From: Candidatus Multivoradales bacterium
GTDB lineage: Bacteria > Acidobacteriota > Thermoanaerobaculia > Multivoradales > JAHEKO01
NCBI GenBank assembly: GCA_965223855.1
Contig: CBDCXM010000008.1
Coordinates: 192,001 to 256,000 of the forward strand
Reading direction: 5' to 3'
DNA: 64,000 nt
In this document: piece by piece, positions 9,984-19,967 of the stretch
Numbering within the stretch: the stretch's first letter is position 1
How the letters are laid out: each line of letters begins with the position of its first letter
The notes under the pieces: generated by a model
What the model saw: the letters and a program-made list of their open reading frames with translations, nothing else
Told to the model about the DNA's origin: nothing
Databases searched by the model: none
Made by a program: the position numbers and the translations under genes

Positions 9984-10612
9984 CTTCTACCGAAGAGCCC
10001 TCCGCGCTCGCCCTTCTGAAGATCGGTGAGCCGGCGATCGACGTCGGGATCGGACCCGCCCCAATCGAGCGCCTTCTGGTAGGACTCCTCCGCCTCCGGG
10101 ATCATCCCACTGGCGGCGTAGAGATCTCCGGCGAGCACGCGGTACTTCGCTTCCATGGGTTGCAGTTCGCACGCCTTGCCGATCGCCAGTCTCGCCCGCG
10201 GTAGCGAGCGGCGGTCCTCACCCAGGTGTCGCGCCAGCAGGTACCAGCCGGTGTCGTACTCGGGATCTTCGCGCGTGGCGCGCTCGAAGTTCTGGATGGC
10301 GTCCGACTTCGAACCGTCCTTCCACGCCTGGCGGGCGCGCTGGATGTAGACCTTCGCCACCTGCCGCGTGTTCGACTCGTTGGTGTCGACGAGCTGCTGG
10401 AGCATCTGATCGTGTTCGCGCCGCCGATCGATGTCGTTCAGCGTGTTGAACGCCTCGGTCACGAGCTGGAACTCGACCTCCGCGTCGGCCTTCTCGTCGC
10501 CTGAGAAGCGATCGGGATGGCGTTCGCGAGCGAGCGCGAGGAAGCGCTGGCGGATCTGACGAGCCGTCGCGTTCCGCGGGACTCCCAGAATGGCGTAATA
10601 GCTGCGGCTCAT
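9980..10612 (-). CDS. J-domain (DnaJ) protein with TPR repeats
   Basis: YYAILGV, HPD motif, then TPR-like helices. Confidence 0.88.
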   Translation of the reverse strand: MSRSYYAILGVPRNATARQIRQRFLALARERHPDRFSGDEKADAEVEFQLVTEAFNTLNDIDRRREHDQMLQQLVDTNESNTRQVAKVYIQRARQAWKDGSKSDAIQNFERATREDPEYDTGWYLLARHLGEDRRSLPRARLAIGKACELQPMEAKYRVLAGDLYAASGMIPEAEESYQKALDWGGSDPDVDRRLTDLQKGERGGLFGRR

Positions 10613-10664
10613 CTCGTCGGGGCGACTCGATCGTGACTTTCCCGCAGGAAGCGGCGGGCGGCTT

Positions 10665-11714
10665 TCACTCTGTTTTGATTCTATACAACTGCGTTGCTCT
10701 GACGCGGACCGCCTCGGCGACGTTGCGATTGCGCGAGATCCCTCTCAGGTCCCGCACCGAAAGCCTGCTGAGAAGGCGCAGGGAGATGTTGATCGGGGTA
10801 CGGGGATTCTGGCAGAGACTGTGGATCACCTTGTAGCGCCGCGCCCAGCGCTTGGAGGTGGCGATGTGCGTCAGGACATCGTCGACGACGACCCGGCTCA
10901 GAGCGACTCTCTCGACCTCACCCTCGGTGATCGGGCTGTGGGTCAGCACCGCCACGGCGACGAGCGGGTTCTGATCGCGCACCAGGATCCGGCGCAGCAG
11001 TGGAGTCGCTCCCCGTGCGAGACGCATGCGCACAGCGATCGTCAGCATGCGAATCTTGACTTCGCTCGACTTCCAGAGATTCTCGAGTTCGTCGTCGTTC
11101 TTGCCCTCTTCGATCTGAGCGAAGCGGTCCCGCACGTGCTCGACCTCGGTCTCCTCCTCCGGGGTCAGCGGCAGGAAGCCCTCTTCGTCGAGCTCCATCG
11201 GGTCGTCCCGAGCAGCGAGCGAGGGCAGGAGGTGTTCGCGGTACTCGGCGATCCGGCGCTCGGAGTAGGAACTGAGACGGGTGTTCTTCTCCAGCTCGTC
11301 GAGAATCTCGGGATGCTCGACGATCGCGTCCTGGCGAAGGAGAAGGATCTCCTGCATGTCTCCCTCGAGCCCCGACGCCATGGCAGCGAGCAGCGGCCTC
11401 GGCACATGGCGCAGCCGCAGGATCGCCTCGACGACCACGGGGTGCCCCCGGGCCTTGCCGAAGTACGACACGACCGACTCCGGCGGAGACTCGGTCAGCA
11501 CCGAGACCACAATTCTCGGATCGACCTCGGCGAGGCTCTCCCGCGCGGTCGCCGCGAGCGCCTCGTCAGAGCCCGAGGCGAGTTCGACCTGGGCCTCCAG
11601 GAGCTCGGGCAGCGGGAGCGGGGCCAGACCCGCCGCCACGAGCCGTAGAACTTCCGGATCGCCGCTCTCTAGAAACTGACTGGCTGACGACGCGCCGGAC
11701 GGGTCCGGACTCAC
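10665..11714 (-). CDS. Hypothetical alpha-helical repeat protein
   Basis: 349-aa ORF translationally coupled to rodZ; helical repeats with NPRTP-type motif; function unknown. Confidence 0.7.
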   Translation of the reverse strand: MSPDPSGASSASQFLESGDPEVLRLVAAGLAPLPLPELLEAQVELASGSDEALAATARESLAEVDPRIVVSVLTESPPESVVSYFGKARGHPVVVEAILRLRHVPRPLLAAMASGLEGDMQEILLLRQDAIVEHPEILDELEKNTRLSSYSERRIAEYREHLLPSLAARDDPMELDEEGFLPLTPEEETEVEHVRDRFAQIEEGKNDDELENLWKSSEVKIRMLTIAVRMRLARGATPLLRRILVRDQNPLVAVAVLTHSPITEGEVERVALSRVVVDDVLTHIATSKRWARRYKVIHSLCQNPRTPINISLRLLSRLSVRDLRGISRNRNVAEAVRVRATQLYRIKTE

Positions 11715-12625
11715 TCGCCTGCCTCTTCGCCTGCCGGTTCGTCGAGGGTGATCAACAGGTCGCGCGCCACGCGGTTGGGCCGGAACGGCCCCAGGTAGCG
11801 AGGCTCGCCGTTGACCTCGACCCTCACCCCCTCCGGATTGCCCAGCGTGAGGCTGACGCTCGACTGCGCATCGATCTGCAGCGACTCGCCCTGTACGTGC
11901 AGCTCACTGAGTCTGCGTCGACCGTCGACCTCGATCTCGACCCAGCAGTCCTCGGTGAAGTCGAGGGTCACGACCAGAGGGGCGGCCGGCTCGGTCGCGG
12001 CCGTCCGATTCCCACCCGTCCGCTCCGGCTCGCCGCCGCCATCGGAATCAACGGCTTCGGCAGGCGCGGCCAGTGAAGGATCGTCGGCCGGCGTGGTCGT
12101 CGGCGGCGGAGTCGAAGGGGGCTCGGCGGCGGCCGCCGGTTCCCTCGCTGTCGGCTCGTCCTCGACAGGGGCGGTGGCACCCTCGGTCTGCGAGCGCTCA
12201 GCCCAGAAACCCAGAAAGCCGACGGCGCCGAGAAGCAGAAGCAGGCCGGCCACGAGCAGGGCGCCCCACCTCCAGTCGAAACTGCCGCCGGAGTCGCTGG
12301 CTGCGACCTCGACGGTCGCATTGCCGTCCTCCTCGTCTCGCGCCGTGAGGTAGGAGTTGACGACTTCGTCGGGATCGAGCCCGACGTAGCGTGCGTATTC
12401 GCGGAGGAACCCCTTCGCGAAGACCGGAGCCGGCAGCACGTCGAAGCGCTCGCTCTCGAGTGCCTCCAGATAGCTCTTCGAGATCTTCGTCGTCTCGGCG
12501 ATCTCGGCGATCGAGACTTCGCGCAGCTCGCGCTCCCGGCGCAGCCAGCGGCCGAAGCCCGTCGGCTCTCCGCCCTCGCCTTCCCAGGAGGTCTGGCGAC
12601 CACCTTTCCTCTGCTTCTCAGTCAT
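11711..12625 (-). CDS. rodZ: RodZ-like protein (HTH, TM, DUF4115-type domain)
   Basis: GRWLRRERE...YLEALESERFDVLP...GFLREYARYVGLD, one TM helix, CWVEIEVDG...LGNPEGV. Confidence 0.85.
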   Translation of the reverse strand: MTEKQRKGGRQTSWEGEGGEPTGFGRWLRRERELREVSIAEIAETTKISKSYLEALESERFDVLPAPVFAKGFLREYARYVGLDPDEVVNSYLTARDEEDGNATVEVAASDSGGSFDWRWGALLVAGLLLLLGAVGFLGFWAERSQTEGATAPVEDEPTAREPAAAAEPPSTPPPTTTPADDPSLAAPAEAVDSDGGGEPERTGGNRTAATEPAAPLVVTLDFTEDCWVEIEVDGRRRLSELHVQGESLQIDAQSSVSLTLGNPEGVRVEVNGEPRYLGPFRPNRVARDLLITLDEPAGEEAGE

Positions 12626-12757
12626 GGGTAAGCCCGCGCCGCCCAGCCGTGGGAAAAATCACCCGGAGCACATACAATCCGGGTTTCGCCGACTCGGGGC
12701 CTGTCGCGCCCGCTGGCGCCAACCCGATCCCTCGAACTGCCCGCTGATCGCGCCGTT

Positions 12758-14833
12758 ATGAAGATCCCGAGGACTCTGAGGAAGTATATCGAAGCAGGCA
12801 AGCTCGACGAGGTCGAGGGAACCTGGCTGGCACAGCTGGAGGAAGACCCGACCGATTCGGAGTTCTTCCTCAGCGGAGCGCGCGCGCTCAAGGGTGCCGG
12901 AGAGGACGACGCGGCAAAGACGTTGCTCGAACTGCTCGACGGTGAGTGGGAGGAGCGGGGCCTTCACGAACTGCGGCTCGAAATGTTGCGCGACGTCGGT
13001 GCGTTGCTGCACGCCGCACAACCGCTGCACGACGCGATTCTCGAGGTTCTGGCCGCCGTCTACGAGGGGTACCCGAGCTTCGAAGGACTCGTCGAGCACG
13101 TCGGCCTCCACCGGGCCACCGAGGACATCCCCAAGACCTGGACGAAGGTGGACTACCTGCGCGATCTGCTGGAGTTCGAGGAAGGCGCGATCGTTGCCAT
13201 GAAGGGCAAGGGCGCCGGTCGGGTCACCGAGGTCAACTTCGCACTCGGGAACTTCAAGGTCGACTTCGAGCGCAGCCCCGGGCTGCGGGTCGGCTTCAAG
13301 GGTGCTACCAAGCTGCTGAGCTCACTGCCGAAGGAGCACGTCCTGCGCCGCAAGATCGAAGCGCCCGAGGAGCTCAGCGAGCTGAAGGCGGCCGACCCGG
13401 GGAAGCTCCTGCTCGTGACCCTGAGGAGCTACTCGGAGGGGCGCAACGCGACCCAGGTGCGGGAGGCGCTGGCCGGCATCGTGTCGGAGAAGGAGTGGAG
13501 CTCCTGGTGGACCGCGGCCCGGAAGAACCCGCAGGTTCTCGTCGAGGGCAAGGGGGCGCGGCAGACCTACAAGGCGGCCGCTTCGAGCGAGGACGCCGAG
13601 AGCGCGGTGCACGAGGCCTTCGCCGCAGCGAAACTGCCGGAGAAGCTCGACATCTTCCGCCGCAACGCGACCCGCAACGCCGAGCTGAGAGACACCCTCG
13701 CCGAGCAGCTCGTCGCGATCGCCGAGAGCAGCCTCTCGATCGAGGTCGAGACGCGTTTCGCCATCGCGCAGGCGGTGCGCGAGGCTCCCTCGTTCGACGA
13801 GGCCGCGCCGTGGGCACCGCAGTCGATGGTGGCCGAAGCCGCCGACGGCGCAGCCCTGCTGTCGAAGATCGAAGACCGCGGACTCCGGGAGATGGCTCTC
13901 GAACTGATTCGCGAATCCAGGGAGGATTGGGAGGAGATCTTCGTCGCCCGCCTGACGGCCGAAGAGGATCCGAAGCTGCTCGACCGCATCGCCGACGGTC
14001 TCGGCGGCGACGCTCGCGTGACCGAGTTCATCGATCGCGTGTTGACCCAGCCGCGCAAGCAGGCGGCCGCCTTCCACTGGCTCGCCGAGCGCGCCTTGCG
14101 CGACGAGAGCCTGCTGGAGCGCAAGCCGATCCGCTTCCTCCAGACCCTGCTCGCGACGTCACAACCGGCCGAGTTCGAGCCGTTCAAGAGTCGACTGCGC
14201 AAGGTGCTCGAAGGCGGCGGCCCCGCCGCGGGCCTGATCGCACACATCGAGGCCGATCAGGCTTCGGGCGCCGAGGAGCTCATCCGAAGATCCCCGCTGG
14301 AAGAGTACGTCCGCGCTCCACTGATCAACGCCCTTCATCTGCGCTTCCCCGAGCTTCGACCCGAGGAGGAGTCTCCCCTCTACGCCCTTCCCGACTCGAT
14401 CGCCGAGCGCAAGGAGCAGCTTCGCGAGCTCCGCGAGGTCGAGATTCCGGCGAATCGGCGGGCGATCGAGGAGGCGCGCGAGCTCGGCGACCTCAAGGAG
14501 AACTTCGAGTACAAGTCGGCGCGCCAGAGGCACGAGTATCTGGCCGCCCGCCAGGGCTCCCTGCAACTCGATCTGGCGCGCGCCCAGCCGATCGATCTGG
14601 GACGCAGCGATGCCGAGGAGGTGCGGGTCGCGGTCACGGTCGAGCTGGTCGACTCACAGGGAGCGACCGAAGCCCTGACGATCCTCGGGCCGTGGGAGAG
14701 CCATCCGGAAGAGGGAGTGATCTCCTACGACTCCGATCTCGGCCGCGCTTTGCTCGGCAAGAAGGTCGGCGAGCCGGTGGAGTTCGGAGAAAGCTCGCGA
14801 ACCGTGCAGTCGATCGTCCCCTGGAAGCCGTAG
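12758..14833 (+). CDS. greA: GreA/GreB-family elongation factor with large N-terminal extension
   Basis: C-terminal IEEARELGDLKENFEYKSAR and ISYDSDLGRALLGKKVGE; about 540-aa helical N-terminal region. Confidence 0.85.
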   Translation: MKIPRTLRKYIEAGKLDEVEGTWLAQLEEDPTDSEFFLSGARALKGAGEDDAAKTLLELLDGEWEERGLHELRLEMLRDVGALLHAAQPLHDAILEVLAAVYEGYPSFEGLVEHVGLHRATEDIPKTWTKVDYLRDLLEFEEGAIVAMKGKGAGRVTEVNFALGNFKVDFERSPGLRVGFKGATKLLSSLPKEHVLRRKIEAPEELSELKAADPGKLLLVTLRSYSEGRNATQVREALAGIVSEKEWSSWWTAARKNPQVLVEGKGARQTYKAAASSEDAESAVHEAFAAAKLPEKLDIFRRNATRNAELRDTLAEQLVAIAESSLSIEVETRFAIAQAVREAPSFDEAAPWAPQSMVAEAADGAALLSKIEDRGLREMALELIRESREDWEEIFVARLTAEEDPKLLDRIADGLGGDARVTEFIDRVLTQPRKQAAAFHWLAERALRDESLLERKPIRFLQTLLATSQPAEFEPFKSRLRKVLEGGGPAAGLIAHIEADQASGAEELIRRSPLEEYVRAPLINALHLRFPELRPEEESPLYALPDSIAERKEQLRELREVEIPANRRAIEEARELGDLKENFEYKSARQRHEYLAARQGSLQLDLARAQPIDLGRSDAEEVRVAVTVELVDSQGATEALTILGPWESHPEEGVISYDSDLGRALLGKKVGEPVEFGESSRTVQSIVPWKP

Positions 14834-14881
14834 CTTCCCGTCTTCATCCGGCAGCGCCGGCCGAGAGGCCGAGGTTCGGGA

Positions 14882-15472
14882 CTAGTCTGCCTGCAGTCGG
14901 TGACGCCGGATCGCCCAGGCCGTCGCCAGATTGCCGAGTCCGGTAGCGATCGCGAACCAGAGCAGACCGTCCTGCCCCGGCCACAGGGCGGCGAGGCCTC
15001 CCAACTGGTAGATCCAGCCGGTGCGACGGAACGGGCGGAAGGCGAGCCCTCCGAGAACGAGGAAGGAGTGCCCGAGGATCAATAGCCAGACCGCGGGTAC
15101 GAGGGCGAGCTCGCCTGCCCACGCGAGAGCCGCCGACAGGGCCGCCGCCACCAGAGAGAGATTCGCCTGACCCCGCAGCACCCATCCGGCGAGGGTCGTG
15201 CGCGGGGCGGCGCCGCGATCGCGCACCAGCCAGCCTTCGACCACTCCACCGATCAGGATCGTCACCGACCAGCCGAGGACGACCGCGAACGGTCCCCGGG
15301 CGGAGTGGATTCCAGGGGTCAGCAGGGAGATGGCAGGAAGCAGGAGGGCCCAGGCGAACCACGACCACGGCGTTCGCAGGAACGGAGCTGCGGCCCCTGC
15401 GAACACGTCGCGGACAGCGGCGAGGTCGTCCTCACCGCGAGCGGTGAAGACCGGGTCGTACTCGGAGCTCAT
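14882..15472 (-). CDS. Hypothetical membrane protein
   Basis: About 6 hydrophobic helices; lies directly downstream of the anti-sigma gene. Confidence 0.7.
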   Translation of the reverse strand: MSSEYDPVFTARGEDDLAAVRDVFAGAAAPFLRTPWSWFAWALLLPAISLLTPGIHSARGPFAVVLGWSVTILIGGVVEGWLVRDRGAAPRTTLAGWVLRGQANLSLVAAALSAALAWAGELALVPAVWLLILGHSFLVLGGLAFRPFRRTGWIYQLGGLAALWPGQDGLLWFAIATGLGNLATAWAIRRHRLQAD

Positions 15473-15475
15473 CCC

Positions 15476-16123
15476 TCAAGGGTGGCGCGAATCGGACCCG
15501 AAGTCGAGCCTGACTACGGTGTCGTCGGCAGTCAGGACGACCTGGCCCAGTTCGCGAAGGCCCTCGAGCTCCGGCCGATCGGCGAGCCACGCCTCGAGCT
15601 CCTCGCCGGCGAGCACCCGCGCAGGATCGTCGGCCGACGTCAGCCCGACCTCGATCCACCGATCGTCCTCGCGAACGAACTCGCGAGCCCCGATCGCGGT
15701 GCGGTCCTGCGGGAACTCGGTCCCCTCCGGCGCGCTCAGGATCAGCGGCTCGTGCGCCTGCTCGACTCGCGCCAGCCCCTGGGCGAGGACGTAGATCATC
15801 GCCGCCAGAGCCACCAGCACAGCAAAGGCCGGCAGGAAGGAGGGATCGAACAGCCAGCGTCGGATCTGGCGCTCCAGCCGGTTCCACACCGTCGTCTCGA
15901 GGGTCTCGGACGCCACGCGCTGCCGCACCAGGGCTCCGAGATGAGGCGGAGCCTCGGTCTCGGGCAGCGCTGCCAGCTGGCCGCGCACCCGGGTCAGGCC
16001 GTCGTAGATACGGCGCGCCTCGTCATCCGACTCGAGCAGTTCCTCGGCGCGGCGTCGTTCCGCCTCGTCGACGTCGCCGTCGAGGAAGCGCGACAGCAGC
16101 TCGAGCGTCGCCGTGTCAGACAT
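15476..16123 (-). CDS. Putative transmembrane anti-sigma factor
   Basis: LLSRFLDGDV N-terminal anti-sigma motif, single TM helix, overlaps the ECF sigma stop. Confidence 0.75.
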   Translation of the reverse strand: MSDTATLELLSRFLDGDVDEAERRRAEELLESDDEARRIYDGLTRVRGQLAALPETEAPPHLGALVRQRVASETLETTVWNRLERQIRRWLFDPSFLPAFAVLVALAAMIYVLAQGLARVEQAHEPLILSAPEGTEFPQDRTAIGAREFVREDDRWIEVGLTSADDPARVLAGEELEAWLADRPELEGLRELGQVVLTADDTVVRLDFGSDSRHP

Positions 16124-16703
16124 GCTCGGCCTCCCCCCCCGAGAGTTCCCGGCGCAAGCGGTCGCGGCCGCGCGCAATGCGCGAGCGGACCGTGCCGATC
16201 CTCACGTCGAGGACCTGGGCGATCTCGTCGTAGGCGAGATCGCAGATGTCCCGCAGAACGACCGCTTCGCGGAAGGCGACCGGAAGCTGCGCGAGGGCGG
16301 TTTCGAGCAACTCGCCGGTCTCCCGTCGCACGACCCTGGCGTCGGTTCCCTCACGCGGGGACGGCACGCTCTCGAACGTCTCGTCCTCGACATCGACGAA
16401 CGGTCTCGCCCGACGGGTCTTGCGAGACAGCCGGCTGCGGCAGCAGTTGAGCGCCACCCGGTAGACCCATGTCTTGAGGCTCGACTTTCCCCGGAACTTG
16501 CCGAGGTGCCGGAAGACGCGAACGAACACGTCCTGGCTCAGATCCTCGGCCAGCACCGGGTCTCCCGACATCCTCAGAGCAAGCTGGTAGACCATGGTGC
16601 CGTAGCGGCCGTAGATCTCGTCGAACGCCTCAGGATCGCCGTAGGCGTGGCGGGCTACGAGATCGAGATCGCCGGTGTGAGCGCTGACGCTGGCTACTTG
16701 CAT
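16116..16703 (-). CDS. ECF RNA polymerase sigma factor
   Basis: AEDLSQDVF, TWVYRVALN, FREAVVLRD and GTVRSRIARGR motifs; start uncertain (16703 or 16754). Confidence 0.92.
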   Translation of the reverse strand: MQVASVSAHTGDLDLVARHAYGDPEAFDEIYGRYGTMVYQLALRMSGDPVLAEDLSQDVFVRVFRHLGKFRGKSSLKTWVYRVALNCCRSRLSRKTRRARPFVDVEDETFESVPSPREGTDARVVRRETGELLETALAQLPVAFREAVVLRDICDLAYDEIAQVLDVRIGTVRSRIARGRDRLRRELSGGEAEHV

Positions 16704-16833
16704 TCGGGGAGACTCTCCGGGGGCAGCTCCTCCGCGCCCCCCGGCATCCTTCATTCTCCGACCCTATCCCGGCGTCGGAAGTTCCCGGGGATCGTCGGCG
16801 GCCGCCGTCGCAACTGGCGGAAAGGCGTGGGCA

Positions 16834-18628
16834 TCACGGGGCCACGGTCGATGTCGAGCCGGTGTCGCTGTCGTAGTAGCGCAGGATCCCGTCGACGACC
16901 GCATCGGCGACCTTCTGACGATACGCCCTCGTCTGCAGCAACGCTCGATCCTCGTCGTTGTTGAGATTGCAGACTTCGAGCAGGAGCTGGGCCGGCACCT
17001 CGCCGTAGCGCAGCACTGCCGGCACCCAGGCTCGCCTTCGGCTGCGGACAATCCGGTTTCGAATCGGCTTGTCGGGATGCACCGCGAGGCCGGCGCGGGA
17101 GAAGGCGCTCATCAGCTCGCCGGCGAGCTGACGCGACAGTCCCTCGCTCCTGACGAGCTGCTGCCGAGAGAAGCTGACACGAGGCTGTTCCTTGACCTCG
17201 CTCGTCCGCGCGTAGACCGAGCCCGACTTGCCGTAGCTGCCGCCACGATAGGCGGCACCGGGGATGTAGGCCATCGCGCCGCGGATCGAAGAGTGAAGGG
17301 AATCGGCATGGACCGAGAGGAAGACGACCTTCTCGTCGTCGCCGCTCGAGGCCACCGACTTGCGGAAGAGACTGTTCGCCAGGTACCAGCGCAGGTTCAC
17401 TCCGGTCCTCGAATCGACGATCGGGTACTCGGGGCTCGTCAGCACCCGATGGCCTCGAGAGTAGTCGAGCCGGTCGCGCTCCGGAATGCCGTCGTTGCCG
17501 GTGTCGCGCGTCGTCAGGTGGACCCTGGCGCCCGTCCTCGTCTCGAGCGACTGCCGGATGCGCTGGACGATGTCGTGAGCGTAGATGCTTTCCCAGACGC
17601 CACGTACGGAAGCGCCGACGTCCTGACCGCCGTGGCCGGAGTCGAGGATGATCGTCACGCCGCGCAGGCGTTCCGCCTCCACCGTATTGCTGTAGCGCGC
17701 ACTCTCGACGAGGTTCGCCTCGTACTCGCGTCTGGCCGGGTGTCCGGCCGGCAGGAACTCGGGCATCAGCACTTCGAACGGCACCTTGACCTCGTAGCCG
17801 ACCGGAATGTCGGTGACGTCGTCGATGCCGCTGCGTCGGGCGATCTCGGCCGCCAGCTGGTTGACGTCCTCGGCGAACACCAGACCGGCGAAGCGGACGA
17901 CGACGCTCGAGTAGAGCGCCTCTCCCGGCTTGAGCCGGTAGCCGGCGAACTCCCCCTGGGAGTCACGGTCGTAGCGCAGGTGGTAGGCCGAACTTTCGGG
18001 CAGCCGCTGTCGCAGCGCCGGCCGCAGCAGTCTCGCCGGTACGAGGACGACCTGCTTCGGCTCGACGTTCTCGTCCTGGAGAGCGTTCGCCTTCCCACAA
18101 GGCACGGTAGTTGTCGCCACGGCCGGTGAACCACTCGGAGATCCGCCACAGGCTCTCGCGCGCCGTCACGCCGTGCTGGCCGACCTGATGCTGCCACCCC
18201 TCGGCGACTCCTCGATCCCGGGCGAAAACGTGGGAGATCACTTCGTACTGGCGGTCGGCCGAAAGCAGGGAGAACGGCACGCGGTAGCGCACACCGGCGA
18301 GCATCCGACGGGTCGAGTTGGCGGCGCGGACCTCATCGACCCACTGCGAGCTGCCGCAATGCTGGCGAACGAAGTCGTTCCACCCCTGGCCGCGCCGGGG
18401 AACCGCCTCGAGAAAGAGCTCGAGACTCTCGTCGAGCACCGCGTGAGCACCGTCGGGCAGCGTGACGCGGAAGAGCGTGGGCGCCGTCGCCGCCGGCACG
18501 GTGCCGGTCAGCGCGAGCAACAGCAGAGCCGAGGCTGCCTTCCGACCCGTCCGCACTCTCGAAAACGCCTGTCCGACGGCACGGCGCAACCTCGAATTTC
18601 TCCTGATTCCTTCGATAGTTAGCGCCAT
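16834..18628 (-). pseudogene. N-acetylmuramoyl-L-alanine amidase (Amidase_3) with LysM-like N-terminal region, split by a 1-nt frameshift near 18091
   Basis: DSGHGG..E, SVHAD and LLEVC catalytic motifs; upstream frame ends ESLWRISEWFTGRGDNYRALWE and continues in another frame as ANALQDENVEPKQVVLVP. Confidence 0.75.
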
Positions 18629-18755
18629 GACCGGGCTGGAATCGGCGCCTCCTGGCGCCCGCAGCCGAAGGATACTCGATCCGCAGGGAGTGCGCCGTCG
18701 CCGACTTCGGTGCGGGAGCACAAGGAGCCGTCCGCCAAGGGCATAACATCGATGC

Positions 18756-19967
18756 ATGAGTTCGCCTCAGCTCCTTCTCGACCGGCTCGCCGAACTGCTG
18801 CAGGGGTACGATGCACTGCTCGTCGGTGGTGCCGTTCGTGACCGTCTGCTCGGCCGTGCGGCGCGAGACTTCGATCTCGTCGTACCGGGTGATGGTGAGC
18901 GTACGGCTCGTCTGCTGGCCGAGCGGCTTCCGGCGAAGCTGATCCGTCTGGGAGGTGAGCGCTTCGCGGCGCTGCGGCTCGTTGCCGCCGAGGGCGAGCT
19001 CGACATCTGGGGCCGTGGCGAGGCGTCGCTCGAGGAAGAGCTGCGACGGCGCGATCTCACGATCAACGCGATCGCCGCGCACCTCGGATCGCTCGAACTC
19101 GTCGACCCGCTTGGCGGCGCCGACGACCTGGAGCGAAGGCGGCTGCGCGCATGCAGCCGATCGAGCTTCGAGGACGACCCGCTGCGGGTCGTGCGACTGG
19201 CGCGATTCGCGGCCGAGCTGCCGGGGTTCGAAGCGGAGACCGAGACGCTGGAGGCGGCGAAGCGGGCGGCTCCCCGGGTCGCTGCCACGGCGGCCGAGCG
19301 CAGAAGAGTGGAGTTCGCCAGACTCCTCGAGGGCGATCGGCCGGAAGACGGGCTGGCGGTGCTGCTCGCCTGTTCGGTGCCGCCCTTCGCCGCCGACGCG
19401 GCCCTGGACGGCGCCGACCCGCTCGTCGTCGCGACCGCCTTCGAGCACGTCCGGGCGACAGCGAGCAGGTTCGACGAGCCCCCCGACGCGGGAGTGCTCT
19501 ACGGCGCCGCCGCAGCCCTCGCTCTGGGTGGTGACGTCGATCGATGGTTCGGGGAGGGGTGGCTCACCCGCAAGGAGGTCCGGAAGCTCGCCCTCGTCCT
19601 CGACGCGGGGCCTCCGCCCGGGACGGTGCCGGAGCGCCGATGGTGGCTCCATCGCCTCGACGATCTGTGGCCCGAGGGCATCTGCCTGGCGAGTGCGAGG
19701 GCCGCCGTCGATCGACGCTCACGGCCGGGGGACGACGAGATCGACGCCCTCGTGGGCCTCGCCATCGGCGAAGCGGAGACGATCTTCTCGCCGCCGTCGC
19801 TGGTCACCGCGACCGAAGTCGCGTCCGAGCTCGGGCTAGAGATGGGGCCCGATCTCGGCGTCGCCTTGCGCCGGCTGAGGCGGCGGCAGGTCGAAGGGAG
19901 GATCCGGAGTCGGGACGAGGCGATCGACTGGCTCGTCAGCGAGCGCCGCTCATCAGGCGCTGGTTGA
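18756..19967 (+). CDS. Class II tRNA nucleotidyltransferase (probable CC-adding enzyme)
   Basis: LVGGAVRDRLLG..DFD, RRDLTINA, DPLGG and DDPLR motifs; short segment between motifs A and B. Confidence 0.85.
   Translation: MSSPQLLLDRLAELLQGYDALLVGGAVRDRLLGRAARDFDLVVPGDGERTARLLAERLPAKLIRLGGERFAALRLVAAEGELDIWGRGEASLEEELRRRDLTINAIAAHLGSLELVDPLGGADDLERRRLRACSRSSFEDDPLRVVRLARFAAELPGFEAETETLEAAKRAAPRVAATAAERRRVEFARLLEGDRPEDGLAVLLACSVPPFAADAALDGADPLVVATAFEHVRATASRFDEPPDAGVLYGAAAALALGGDVDRWFGEGWLTRKEVRKLALVLDAGPPPGTVPERRWWLHRLDDLWPEGICLASARAAVDRRSRPGDDEIDALVGLAIGEAETIFSPPSLVTATEVASELGLEMGPDLGVALRRLRRRQVEGRIRSRDEAIDWLVSERRSSGAG

Noticed and set aside
9249-14833. Anti-phage defence system (PP2C, TerC and VWA co-occurrence)
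   Set aside because: The VWA protein is an exported acidobacterial type, TerC is 8 kb away, and there is no kinase or nuclease
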